This document shows positions 12,913-25,795 of a stretch of DNA of 64,000 nt, piece by piece. Origin of the DNA: Callorhinchus milii (taxonomy: Eukaryota). The notes beneath the pieces were generated by a model, which was given only the letters and a program-made list of their open reading frames with translations, was not told the origin of the DNA and ran no database searches. The position numbers and the translations under genes were made by a program. Each line of letters opens with the position of its first letter. The stretch's first letter is position 1. The stretch is taken from NCBI RefSeq assembly GCF_018977255.1, contig NW_024704761.1, forward strand, positions 8,370,001 to 8,434,000, in the 5' to 3' direction.

Positions 12913-15419
12913 CACAATTCCATTACATGGATCTCACAAATGGGCTGTAAGAAATTCTTCTGGAGCATGCTGAGGAGCTCTAAACCGTGATAAATCTTTG
13001 CAATTGGCATAGCACCTATAGCATCAAATGACTCAAATTGCGATTTAGATCTCTGTAATGTGTTGATAGACTAATTTGTAAGTGAAATTGGCAACCAATT
13101 CGCACACAGCCTTTCTATGCACCAGGAACCACCAATACATTCAGACGCAAATATCTTGGCTTCTGGCAGTGAACACCTGTACATTGGCAACCCACTGGAA
13201 CAGAAATTCTGAGTTTTCAGTAAAAAGAACCGAGACTTGGCCACAGAAGGGGTTACAACTCAGACCACCAATCAATGCAAAATAGTAAACTTAAAAAACT
13301 TACTGAAGAATATGTATCAACCTGTATCAAAAAGGAAAAATCGCACATTACTTATTTCCCACTACGCATATTCCAAGATGGTAATTTATAGTTCGCATTG
13401 AAAATGGATACCTGAAGGCTTCCTCTAAAGCAGTGGTGGCCAACCATTATGGTCGGCCAACAAAATAAATTTTCTTGATTGAATATTTCTTGATTTACGT
13501 CAAATAAATCAAGAAACTAAAAACACGGCTAGACTCGTGCAAATGTTCAATGAGCCCCTTCATGATGGGCCGTGGACCAGAATTCCACTTAATCAATAAA
13601 GTGGTCATGTTACAGTGATGTCTGCCAAGTGACATCTTCAATTGCCCACCTGTTAATCACTTCATTTATCAAAAATAACCAACTGAAATAGAACTCTCCT
13701 GGCAAACCTTAAAACAAGTCAACATCTTAATACCATGCAAACATTTTTGGGGGCAATCCTTCCCTGGTTACTACAAATCATTATCACTTGGCTTCATCAA
13801 TTATGGACCTGTAGAGCTTTGGAATTATTAATTTCTAAATTGTAAGAAATATTACCATAACCTCTACCTGCACGTAATTTCAGATCTACAAACATGTGAA
13901 AATTATTGTACAAATACACTGAGAATAGGGGCAGAGATAGTATTCCCGCTTTATACAATACAAATTACATTTAATGGACCACCGCATGGTAGAAACATTC
14001 AATTAAGTATGTCTCATTGCAGTAGCAATTTATACACTAGCAAGACTTGTGCAAAACATCCAGACCTAAGCCAAATCAAGATGCATGGTATATTTTTGTA
14101 GTGATCCACCTTTGTCAAATGTTTTGTTTAGGTTTGTAAAATGAGGATTTCAGGGATTCAATGAGTAAACAAACATCAGCTTCCATCTTACCAAATGTAA
14201 AGTTTCAGCCTGCCCAAGTATGATCAAATATAATTTTCAAAGGTTTCAGTTTTCAAGTACTGGCAAGGCACAACAAGGATCCAAGATGTCTTCCATCATG
14301 AAACCCCAGCAGCATTTATAGCATCCAAAATATCACGATTATATTACCAACATCTGAATTTAGCAATTAAGTTTTGCGCCCAACCAAATTAACTGGCTGC
14401 ATCTACCAGTCTCCATCAATGACTTACCTCATAATTCCCTCAGGTAAATGCAATGGCTCGGTCTCTGGAGACTCAAAGCATCATCACAAGATGTTTTTCT
14501 TGGTTTCTCTGGAGGCAGAAAGTTAAATAAGGCCCTTTACCTGCTTCCCATCACATTTCTCTGGTAGCAGGTGTGTGCTGCTCCTTTTATTTGAATGGAA
14601 AACCCGCCCAAACAGGCGAGCCATGCAGTTTTCTCCAGTATGGACCCTTGCTACATATCAAGGAACAGTCTACATACAGCAGATTACATTAACCATCCTG
14701 AATTTTCAGATGCAGCCTTTTCTGTTCTGCTGCCAGTATATGTGAATCTGATGTGTTGTAAAACCACTTCTCGTGTGAAGCGGCTCTACAATACCCTGTA
14801 GCATAAACGTAGCATGAGGATATTTAACTAGTTCTGAAATGTTTTCCTTTTGATGTCTGAAACAAGTCTTGACTACAAAAAAATGCTAGAGGGAAGTTAT
14901 ATAGAACAAATTCAATTCTACCAGTTGCAAATTCAATATATTCCGAACAAGGATTTCAACAGATGAAACTGGGCGTAAAAATCTCACTTAAATAAAACCC
15001 ACGCCAACTCAAAAGGGATTCACTGAGATTAACGCTTTGGTGCTGAAATCCAGGATCAAATACACTTGATTCTTCAAACAGCTGACATTGTTTTCAAATT
15101 CTCTACTTCTGTTATCTTCAGAGAAGTGAAGCACCTTATTGCTGAAATAAAAACGTATCACTACCGAAAATGAGATATCTTAGGTTTAAGCTTGGAGCTC
15201 GAAGGGGTTTGTTCAGCACAATGTAATTCTCAATAGGAAAACAAGGCAAGAACTCAGAAGAAATTAGGGCAGAGGTCCACATTATTCAAAAGGATATACA
15301 ATAGTTTTGGTAAATCAAGGTTCAATTTACAATCTACCATAATGTTAATACCCACCATTAACATTTTCAAAAGTGTTTTCTAAATACAGCCCCATTAGTC
15401 ACAATTAAATTTAGAACAG

Positions 15420-15804
15420 TTAACACCAAGGAAAATCTTTAATAGAATTACAGAAGTACAGGATTTTATGTTTTGAAGCAAATATAACTGTTAATTACAA
15501 TGAAATTCAAAAATTAACAGCTTTCTAAACATTGTGTTCCATGTGTAAATGTATAAACCACATTAACAAGTACAAGAAACAAGGTAGCTAGTGGTGCTTA
15601 CTGCCTGCTCCAAATTTTACACGCAGCCAGGTCTCTGGAGGTGCAGCTGACAGGCATTTTACTGGACAGCCATATTTTCTGCACGTCAAGGCATCATTAC
15701 AGGAGCAATCAGGAGAATACAGGACACAGCCAAGCACTCTGCACTGCACTGCAACACGCCACCTTACAGCTAACCCGCTTTACAGAACTGCTACACAACT
15801 GCGC
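15420..15804 (-). other. SRSF2: SRSF2 terminal 3'UTR exon with highly conserved 3' splice region
   Basis: Minus strand tatttttgtgcactag|GCGCAGTTGTGTAGCAGTT...AAGGTGGCGTGTTGCAGTGCAG closely resembles the recalled human SRSF2 terminal exon; ATTAAA at 15438-15443. Confidence 0.85.
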
Positions 15805-16133
15805 CTAGTGCACAAAAATACATGAGACAATGAGATTAGTATTGGACTGGAATAAAATGAAAAAAAACATATGCAAAGTCAAAATTTAAAAGATAATTAT
15901 TTCAGTATACAGAAACATTACAAAACCTGGAAATACATTTCATGCCTTTTACCTTATGTACATATCCAAGCCAAAATGAATCTGAAGTGGAGCATTTCAC
16001 TAAATTGTAAGAAGTTTAAGTAATAGCAACATAGATGGCACATAACATATAATGAGCCTTCACAGACACTAATTTAAATTCAAGACTTTAAAACTGACAA
16101 AAAACCTATTATAAACAATGATGTTATAATAAC

Positions 16134-16250
16134 CTTTTAAGTAGATCACTGCTTATTTTAGGAAGGTCTCTCCATCACTTAAACAGATGGCAAGAGATGG
16201 TCTTTCCTGCAAGGCATCTACCGTGTGGATCTTCCAGCCATCTGCAACAT
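16134..16250 (-). other. SRSF2: SRSF2 3'UTR cassette (NMD-inducing) exon
   Basis: Long pyrimidine tract then cctag|ATGTT; ends CTACTTAAAAG|GTTATT, like the recalled human cassette ends (CCTAG|ATGT and GAAAAG|GTTATT); 117 nt. Confidence 0.75.
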
Positions 16251-19200
16251 CTAGGAGGAAAAAAAAACAAAAAGTTTAAAATGGTGCTAAATGGCACATT
16301 ACGTGGATTGAAAAGTAATACATATACAATTTTAGAACTGTTACAGTCACACTTAGTGTTTTAAGCCTATAGTTTTCAATCATATTTTCACTTAAATACT
16401 GAAGCTGCTATTTTGCAAAGTGTAGCAAAAATCAGAGCATTAAGAAAGTATCCTTCCAAATAATGCTCATCAACTTTTGGTCACAGGTTGGTTCCATGTC
16501 ACTGCACAGACATCAATATCTGAAGAAAATGTTAGGAACCACCATTAATTTACCCTCTCAATTTGTCACTGGTTTGCATTGCAGGAGCGAAGTATAGAAC
16601 AGAAAAGCTCTCTTTAAATTGATGGCAGTAGAGCAGGAGAAAGTAGCAAGAACCTCAAATGATAAAGATTCCAGACACTAAAACACCCACCTGTACTAAC
16701 ATGCAAATAAAACAAACTGCATATAAAATAGCTCATGTCCTCAACATTGGTTGTGACTAAGTGACTTAATTCAATAAACTAGATCCTCAATGCTCCTTCA
16801 GCATCAATGCTATGAGAAAGCAACCCCCACCAAACCGATCATTTTAAAATAAAATTTAACAACTGACAAAGATTTATAAAGATCTTGACAAGTTTTGCAA
16901 CACCTCAATAAAAGCGACGTTCTTCATTTGCCTATGTTTTGACACAAAAGAACTGCCAAGTTCACTCATCTGGGTGCAATACCAATTAATTTGGAGCACC
17001 ACTTCCTATTTTGAAAGCAAAAGCTGCATCAGTGATTGGCCTGGTCACATCTATTCGAAGCCATATCAATTGCCCACACTTGGTATTCACTAGCTGCAAA
17101 CTTACTCAAACTTCCAAACAAGTTTTAAAAAGTTACTCGTCATCTAAAATGCTTGATAGAAGTGGGATAAAGCTAAGTAAATTTGTAAATTAGAATAGGA
17201 AATAGCAAAGAAAACTGACTTAAAAATGGGAACCCAGGGAGAAAAGGCAAGGCAGCACATATATATAGATTTTCTTAAATAGTTGTTTTAAATTTGCTTT
17301 GATGGATTAATAATACAACTAACTGGCATTTTAATTTCGTTACAAAAATAAGTTATTCAATTTCCAAATGAGCTGAAATTGTCCAAAAAGCAACCTACAG
17401 AGACAGACACATCCTGCTATCAGTCTAAGAGTTAAAAAGAATGTGCTTTCAAAGATTTGCCACCAAAGAATAAACCTATTCAGTTTCTTAAGATTGCTAT
17501 GATCACACGTTTATTGCAGACAAATTCATACTCTTGCTGTGATTTATCTAGTCCCTTTACTAAGGCTAATAGATTTACAAAGCTTAGACAACCTTTACAG
17601 CTAGATAACAATACTCAATTAGCGTACACCATTTTAATGCATTGGCAACCATTGAACCCTTTGAGGACCAGACAAGTTTACTTGCATGGGCACAGCTAGA
17701 GTCGACAGCAGCTCCATTTGGATATGATTTTACAAATAATGACTGGTCTGGTTGCACTTATGGTAAGACCATAAGTCTAGAATCATTAGTGTTTAGGGCT
17801 TTTGATCAGCTGCTAAAATGCATGTAATTCAGTATTTTAGCCAACCAAAAGCCTTCTTTGTATTTAAAAAATGCTCCCACCTCCAAAATGGGCGGTCAGG
17901 GCTGGAAGAAAGAAGAAAAGAGGTAAGTACAAGATTCAAAACACAGCATTAGCAAAAAGGAAAAGGTTAGAAAGGGAAGCTGTGGCAGATTAAGTAAGGC
18001 AAAAGAAAATAACTCAAAATAAGGCAGAAAATAGGAGGATAAAAAGGGAGCAAGCACATGTTAAAAGGTTCATTTTAAAATGTTAACATTTCATTTGTGC
18101 TGGCTAAATATTAGAGCAATAGGCATTCTGGTATTTTATTACTTAAATATGTATTGTTCACTTATCAATATGTGATTGTAATAATACACAGAACTAACTT
18201 GCCTAGGGAAACAGGGATTTATATTTGGTGAGGCAATTTTCCAGATTTCATTTGAAACGAGTGATTTTTTTCAGGTCTATACTTGACTGCTGTCCACCCT
18301 TTACTGATGAAAACTTTAAATAGACACTAGAAAACATTAAATGTCATATAAAACATAAAGTGAACCCCAACAGTACAGTAATAGGCATCAATACTTTTGA
18401 TGCTAGATATCAACAACTGCAGGCCCTGAAATTATGAATACAAGGAGCAATGACCAGCACAACAATTTCAAAAGATGAAGGAAGTAATTGCCAATTAATT
18501 TTTGGTTAAGTGAATTACTTGTCGAGTCTGGTCTGTTACTGCCCGAAATACATATAGTTTCTAAACAGATCAGATCTGCATATTATGCAAGATCTAAACA
18601 GAAGTAAAACACTGAGTTGAAAAACTCAGAGGTAGAACGTGATAAGCAAAACAAAACTAGGCAACAAAGCAGAGAAATTGTGCAAATAATTAGAGAATAG
18701 AAAAATAGAGAAGTGCTGACAGGCTGGAAAGGACATTGACTAGTTTAGCAAAGACTAGCTAATCTAATCTTTCTCTCGGCTACTTGGTATATCCTGCAGA
18801 GCCATTAAATATATCCATTATTTAAGTTCCTGTTAGAATACAATCTTTCAGTTTTTAATAACCTTCAAATTGTTTTTTTTATAGTCCAGGGAATGAATTA
18901 GAACATAGAAACCGATCCCAATCTGAATAAATTGAACTTCACTCTTATCAGTTCTCAGGGGTTCCAATTCTCATGCCTCCACCCATTTACTGGTGGACAC
19001 AAGGGAACATAATGATGGTTTAAGCGCAGAAAGAGAACTGTAAAATGCATTTAGATAATGGGATGAGATTGGAAGCTTGGGCCTTGTAGCTGGTACAGAG
19101 TACAGAAAACTTCCTTCTGTGTCCTGAGATGCTGCCATTGGATGATAAAGTTATATGTTCTCCCCTCCCAAGTGCAAACTCAGTGAAATAAAACATTTAT

Positions 19201-21361
19201 GAAACTCAGAGCAGCATAAAAAACCCAAACCTTTAAAACGAACAAGACACTAAGTAATCCAATCTTGATGCTCAGGTGACTTTTAAAACTGCACGAGTTC
19301 AACTGATGGTTTATACCACCACTCGAATTTCAAATGGATTATCAATCAACTAGTCTTCCATTCACCAAAAACTATACAGTCCTTGACCTTATTCTGTTTC
19401 CACACACAGCTACATCAAATTTAGCAGCAAGCTGCTTCCAAAAATGCCATTGCCAATTTGAAACAAAAATGTAGTGTCTGCTCCTAATTCTTTGATTCCA
19501 AAAATGAAATCAAACTTCACTCCATTGACCAACTGAATCGATCATTAACCATTGGTCTGAACTACAGTTATGAACTTATAGTTCATATGGATGCCAATGT
19601 TTTAAGTGAAGCTCTTTACCTTAAACTTTCAAAAGTTAAATCATCCTCTTCTTCCCATCAGGGGGGCAATATTCAACATTACAGACTCCCGAATTCATTA
19701 TCCATTTATCCAAAAAGACACCCAAAACCAAATTTGTAATAGCAAGCATTTGGAAAATAACTGTTTTTGAAGATGGAAGAAGAGTCAATATTTTAAAGCC
19801 TCCGTACTGAAAACTTTGATGTCAAGAAGAAACAGCCAATAATTCTAAAATTGCATGCATTTTGGAGCAAAAAATAATCAACATGTGCAAGTAATTTTTA
19901 CTTTCATGCCTGCTCAGATTGTCAGTTAACTTTACTGCATAAAGGCTCCCCAAACATCTAATCATCAAATATTTGATGTTAGAAACCCACATAACCCCAT
20001 AATTCAGTTTGTAAAACTATTGAAATCTAACTCAGTCAGACCATGTTTAATATTGCAGTTAGGTGAGTTAACCAATCTCCTAAATGACATCCATGGGTAT
20101 TAATATTCCAGCACCAGTATGAATCAAGAGGAAACAAAACACTTAAATGGCTCGTTTCTAATCAACCAAGGTTACTCTATCATTAACCATATATTTCAGA
20201 TATCACAGCTCCTTGCAAACATTCAATCTGGGAGCACAATGTATGTGCAACATCGCATAAGAACTCCCCAAAGGCTGAAAAATGCCTTCAGAAGGGTACC
20301 TGAATATTCTGACAATTCACCCTAACAGTGGTCAATGTACTCAAGTCCTAAAATGTTCCAGAAACTTCAGCAGTACCCCATGCAAAAACTTGAACAAAAC
20401 CCACATCAAAGATTTATACATCTTTCTCTCATCTCTACAAGCCCCATTCATTCTACCGTCTACCATAGACAAATTAGAAGACTCATACTCCCATTTAAAG
20501 ATTAGTCACAAAGATATATAAAACTTAAGGATTATTATTGTAGTTGACAGTTTAAGGAAATACATAGCATATTGGGTTGATGACTTCAAATCATGAATTT
20601 CAAGGACTGAGTAAAAATATATCATAATAAATGATTCTTCGTAATATTCAAAGCAACAATGAGTAATTGCAATATCAAAGCTCTTATGCTTTAATATTAC
20701 AATCAAAAGGAAAACAGTCTTAATGCCCTGAAGACTCTTCATTCGCCTCGCCCACAAAATAGTCAATTCACTTCACAATATATTCTGTGAAACGCTTTGA
20801 GACGTTTCGAAGACGTGATAAAGCACTATATCAAATGCAAGGTTTATTATTATTATATAGTAGGCCTTGAAGTTCTGGCAGTACCCCAAATGAGTCCAGA
20901 ATGAAGAATACGCACCCCCCTTCCCCCAATCTGAAACTACTTGCCTTGAGCAAGTGTACAACAATACTTAATACGACAGCAGGTGTCGACAATCATTCAA
21001 CTGGGACTGATATCCAGAAAACAAAATGATTGGATCAATGGAGAGGTTTGCTGACTTAGTCTGCATGGACAACTTTCCATCACAAGAGTTCCTTCTCATC
21101 AAAGAATAGCTAGCAAATACATAACCGCTAGCTTTAATACAAAATTGTTAAGATAACTTTTACATTAGTATATACACATACACTGTAGCAACTATACAGC
21201 AGCTAGCTGTAAATCAAAATCATCATGTAGAACGTCTACATTTATCTGCGTAGAAACGCATCTCACTGAAACCAAATGCTTCCAGAACTTCAAACACCAA
21301 TGTAAAAGTAGTTAAAACACATGTTTAAATATCACTCACTTTGATGCAATTTACCACATTT

Positions 21362-21656
21362 TTATGGTGATTCAATGCCATCTTTCTGTGGAGATTTTGT
21401 TGGTGTCTTTGATCGGGACTTCGAGCCATGGGACATCCGGGATCCACTTCTGGATCTTGATTGTGACTTAGATCTGGACCGAGACCTGGACTTCGATTTA
21501 GACTTCGATTTTGACCTTGATCTTTCAACAGATCTAGACTTTGAACGTGATCTAGAACGGGAATATGAGCGAGATCTGGATCTGCTGTAGCGAGATCTCG
21601 ACCTAGAACGGCTACGGCTTCTGGATCTTGAACGAGATCGTCGTCGTCTTCTAGGG
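21362..21656 (-). CDS. SRSF2: SRSF2 exon 2 (RS domain, stop)
   Basis: ctag|C CCT AGA AGA...; [13 protein letters not shown]...[11 protein letters not shown] then TAA; G|GTAAAT donor 7 nt after the stop; CDS totals 648 nt (215 aa). Confidence 0.96.
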
Positions 21657-22709
21657 CTAGAGGCAAGAAACGGTTCCAGTCAGACAAGTTAGATTAAAAA
21701 ACGACATTGACTGTTAAAACTAAAACATGACAATTATTTACTTGAAGAAAATAGCTTCTATCAAAATACCGTTGGGCACATGTCGTAGATAAGGACATTG
21801 GTTACGTTTGCCACAAACCTAAACTACCTCGATAGCTGTATAATGAAACGTTGCACACACCCCTCCCCCCCCTCGACACGAAAACCAAAGCACCCAGGGT
21901 CACGGGAAGATAAGATTTTATTTGAAAAACAAGAACTTCGACCCTACCATTGCCTCGTGATTTTAACGGTTGAGATAATCCAAAAAAATGCACTTTTTTC
22001 TTGAAAACCTGCCCTTTGTACACCTTGAAACACAAGCGACCCCAGAAACGCACGTGTAAACAAAGACCAACCACACGTCGACTGCAGTTTATCACGGACG
22101 CAACCTACCCAAAAAGAAAATGCTTTCCAACTAAACTCATGCTCAGGACCATGGTGTGGGGGGGGGGGAATATATACTTTTCAGTCGCGACAGGAAAGCA
22201 GCCAGTCTTATCGTGAAAACTGCAACAATATGTTCAACGTTTAACAAGTGTCTTGGAGTCTTACATTTTTAGGCGTCCCCGAGAGGAGCTTTTTCAACCC
22301 AATAAAAAAAAATAGAAATCGCAAGAACAAGAACATCGCAATTTACGAGATTAAACGCTGAACATTTTAAAGATTTAAAATCGAACGCTATTCTTTGCGG
22401 GGGGCGGGGGGGGAGGGGGGGGGCGCTTGGAAAAAAAATATCTCCCGCAATAGATTTTTTTTATTTTTTTTTGAAAAAAAAGAAACTGGATTCTGCACCC
22501 CACCCCCAAATAAAAATTCACTCGAGTTTTTAAGGGACCGTTCACATCCCAGGTCTGAGCATCTGCGTTCACCACACGGACCACCGATTAATGAACGAAA
22601 CTCAAAAAAGCTAACCTTCCCGCTTTTATAAGAGCCTCACAACCCTCCCCGTGGGGAGGGGGAAGGGGGGTGGGGATTGGTCGGCGTACGGACAGGACAG
22701 TCGACTAAC

Positions 22710-23062
22710 CTCCGGCTTCGCCTGCCGTACGAGCCGCCATAGCGGCGGGACGAGCCTCCTCTCCGGTGGGACTCGGCCGGTCGACCGTATCGAGCCATCT
22801 GCACCCTCAGCTCCCTGCCGTCCAGCACCGCGCCGTCCATAGCATCGATGGCGTCCTCGGCGTCTCTCTTGTCGTGGAAGCGGACGAAGGCGAAGCCGCG
22901 GCTCTCGCGGGTGAAGCGGTCCCGGGGGATGTAGACGTCGCCCACTTTGCCGTACTTCTCGAACACGCGCTTCAGCGTCTCGGGGGACGTGCGATAGGTC
23001 AGGTTATCAACTTTCAACGAGGTCATTCCTTCGATATCAGGCGGCATCCGACCGTAACTCAT
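22710..23062 (-). CDS. SRSF2: SRSF2 exon 1 (RRM)
   Basis: [30 protein letters not shown]...RGFAFVRF...[13 protein letters not shown]; AG|GTTAGT donor. Confidence 0.98.
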
Positions 23063-23069
23063 CGTCGAG

Positions 23070-24073
23070 TGTTTGGGTTTTGGATTGTCCCCTCTTCTCT
23101 CAATCTACCTCTCGTTTTTTTTTAAAAAAAATACAGCCTTATAAACTGTTCCTAAGAGGGGACGGGACAAACGTGGGCTCGACGACTCGCTCGGTGACCC
23201 GCCGCAAACCCCGCCACACACCACAATCACAAGATGGCGCCTGCCTACCTGACCCGGAAACATCTCTCCCGCGCTTCACAGAAGGGGGTGGGGCGTGTGG
23301 GGGGAGGGGGCGAAAGACCAGATTATTTGCGCATCAGCAAAAAAAAAACCACGTAGTCGACCCACATCCTGATGGTTAACGGTACGGACTTTGATCGCCC
23401 CATAAAAGGCCCTGAAAGAAAATAATTCTCTTCACGGGCGATGAAGACACCGGAAGTACATTTTGCCGCCGCGCGGAGCATGATGGACGTTGTAGTTTTC
23501 CCCTCCCCCTGCAACTCGGCAGCGCGTGAGGAGTGGGGGAGGGGGGGGGGCGAGTCTGGCCGCCAGCAGCGGCTTTATTGCCCTTATTATTTTGAATAAA
23601 GTGTTTTATTAATTTATTGGGGGGGGTGCGCTTTAGGCAGGGCAAGTGACGAGACGAAAATTGAAATACAGCGCTGCGAACCGCTCCAAGTGGCGTTGAC
23701 GCGGCCTCTGGTGCAGGAGGCGGAGTGGCGGTGGGGGGAGGGGCAGGTGAAATTCAAATCCTAACGTTCGCCGGCGGGCGGTTGGGGCGCTGCGCCTGCG
23801 CGCGACGCTTCAGCTCGCGCGGGGATGGGCGGGCGGCGGCGCATGCGCGCGACGCTTCGGGCAGCATCGACGGCGGCGGCGGCGGCCACCAACTCAGGTG
23901 CTGGTCAGCTGATCAACGTCGGCGGCCCGCTGCTGTGAGGAAAGTGAGTTCGAGTTTGCAGCCTCTTGAGGGTCGGCGTCGAAGAATCCCTCTCCCGAAA
24001 CCTTCTTTCCCTTCGGAGATTTGGAGAGAGAGAGAGAAAGAAAGAAAAGGAGAGAGGAAAAAAAAACACAAAC
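23070..24073. promoter_or_regulatory. CpG-island bidirectional promoter SRSF2/MFSD11
   Basis: YY1 CAAGATGGCG 23230-23239; ETS CCGGAA near 23254 and 23451; ZNF143/SBS-like ACTACAACGTCCATCATGC (minus, 23478-23496); NRF1 GCGCCTGCGC and GCGCATGCGC near 23792 and 23839. Confidence 0.85.
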
Positions 24074-24169
24074 ATGACGCCGGAAGGGTTAAAACTGACC
24101 AATATCCTGATTTTGGGCTTCGCCTTTATGTTCATATTCACCGCTTTCCAGACTTGCGGGAACGTCGAG
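24074..24169 (+). CDS. MFSD11: MFSD11 (UNC93-like MFS transporter) exon 1
   Basis: MTPEGLKLTNILILGFAFMFIFTAFQTCGNVE; GAG|GTGAGT donor; 96 nt. Confidence 0.95.
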
Positions 24170-25739
24170 GTGAGTGAGTGAAGTGACCGACTAACCGCCC
24201 TGACTGACTGACTAACTAATAAACTGACTAAACTCACCGACTGCACGAAGAACCCGGGGGGGGGGGTGCGGTGGGTGTGTGGTGGGGGTGTGTGTGTGTG
24301 TGGGGGGGGGTGAGGCCAGTTACGGTTTCAGTTACAAATTGATCTGTGTTAAAAGTTTGTTGAACTCTCCTGGGAGGCCTCTTGTTTTTTTTTTAAAAAA
24401 AATTTAACGTGAAAACCGCTTAGTTATGGAGATGTTTAAACGTATGAATTTAAGTTGAAATATAACTTAAACTTCTGACGGGAGGGAACGGTCCTCAATC
24501 CGCGACAACAACCGCCTGCGTTCCGAGTGGCCGATCATCGGCCTCTCCCTGTGGGTGCAGCTGACGAGGCTGCTTACGGGGTTTTTTTTTGTCGAGAGAA
24601 AACACGCCGCGTGTGTGGTGGTGGTGGGTGGGTGGGGGGGGGGGGTTTGGGCAGTGAGTTGCAAATTGTGAGCCTGTTGTGGGGGGGGGAGGGGTTGTCA
24701 GTCCAGTCGGTCACTGTCAGTCAGGTGTCCAGAGTCGCCACTCACCAGTGTGTGCGTCCCCAATTCCTGAACTATGTCCACAACAACAACTTGCGCTTAC
24801 ACAGCACTACCCCCACCTCGCACAGGGTAATGTCCCCAGAGCGCTTGACAGTGGGTGGAGCAGCACCCCGAGCCCGTGGGCACGGTGGAAAGAGGAAGGT
24901 CTTCGGGCGTGACCTGAAGATCCTGAAGATGGAGAAAGGAAGGGGCAAGGCGGAGGGATAGATGTGGAGTGTTCCAGAATAGGCTACTCTTTCCCCAGAG
25001 GGACTCACCCTGCCTGCATAATTCCACGGATGTTAGGTGCCAGTTGTGAAAGCCAGGGTTGGCAATCACAAGTTGAACCGGCTAAAACCGTGAACACGGG
25101 TAAGCTTCCAGCAAGACCATCCTAGCTGTTGGGACTTTAGCTTTAGGGTTAACAAGAGCATATATCGTTTTTGGAAGGGGCGACCCAGCCACCTCGTCTG
25201 ACAAATGCTCCTCCAATTCCTTCTAGCAGACCTTATTAGATGGATAACTGGTACAAGGAAGATGTTGCCAGCCACATGGTGAGCAGCACAATCTTTTTGA
25301 CCGTGCCTTTGGTCACCTCCTTCCTCCTCCCCCTGGCTCGGCCCCGGGATCCGTTACTGTGAAGCGATCTGAGACGCCATCCGGCGTGGAGGGCGCTATA
25401 TAATTCCAAGTTGTTGTTGTTGTGTAAGTGCATTGCTGCCATCCTTCTGACTACAGACTTGGCACACACACCCTCACCGATAGAGCAGTAATTCCATAAG
25501 GTGAAGTGAGGAACATCAGCAGTAGCATTGCATACCAATCAAGGTAGACACTAGGCCCATTTCATTTGGTGATGTATTCACCACAAAAATTATTACACCA
25601 GTATGATATGTTTCGTATGTTTGGTATACAGATGTGTGTGTGTGTATATATATATATATATGAAATATATAGGATAGTAACTCATTGAGAAATTTCCTGG
25701 TATTGATGACAAGATTGTATCGATTCTTTTTTTCCACAG

Positions 25740-25795
25740 CAAACTGTTATCAAAAGTCTCAATCATACTCGATTTAAGGGGAGTGGATATAACAG
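25740..25795 (+). CDS. MFSD11: MFSD11 exon 2
   Basis: QTVIKSLNHTRFKGSGYN; AG/GT boundaries; 56 nt. Confidence 0.92.

Noticed and set aside
14541-14795. Additional minus-strand exon upstream of the 81-nt candidate
   Set aside because: It would leave a 32-nt intron, too short to splice
21325-21687. Asp/Leu-rich ORFs on both strands
   Set aside because: Alternative-frame and antisense readings of the SRSF2 RS-domain exon
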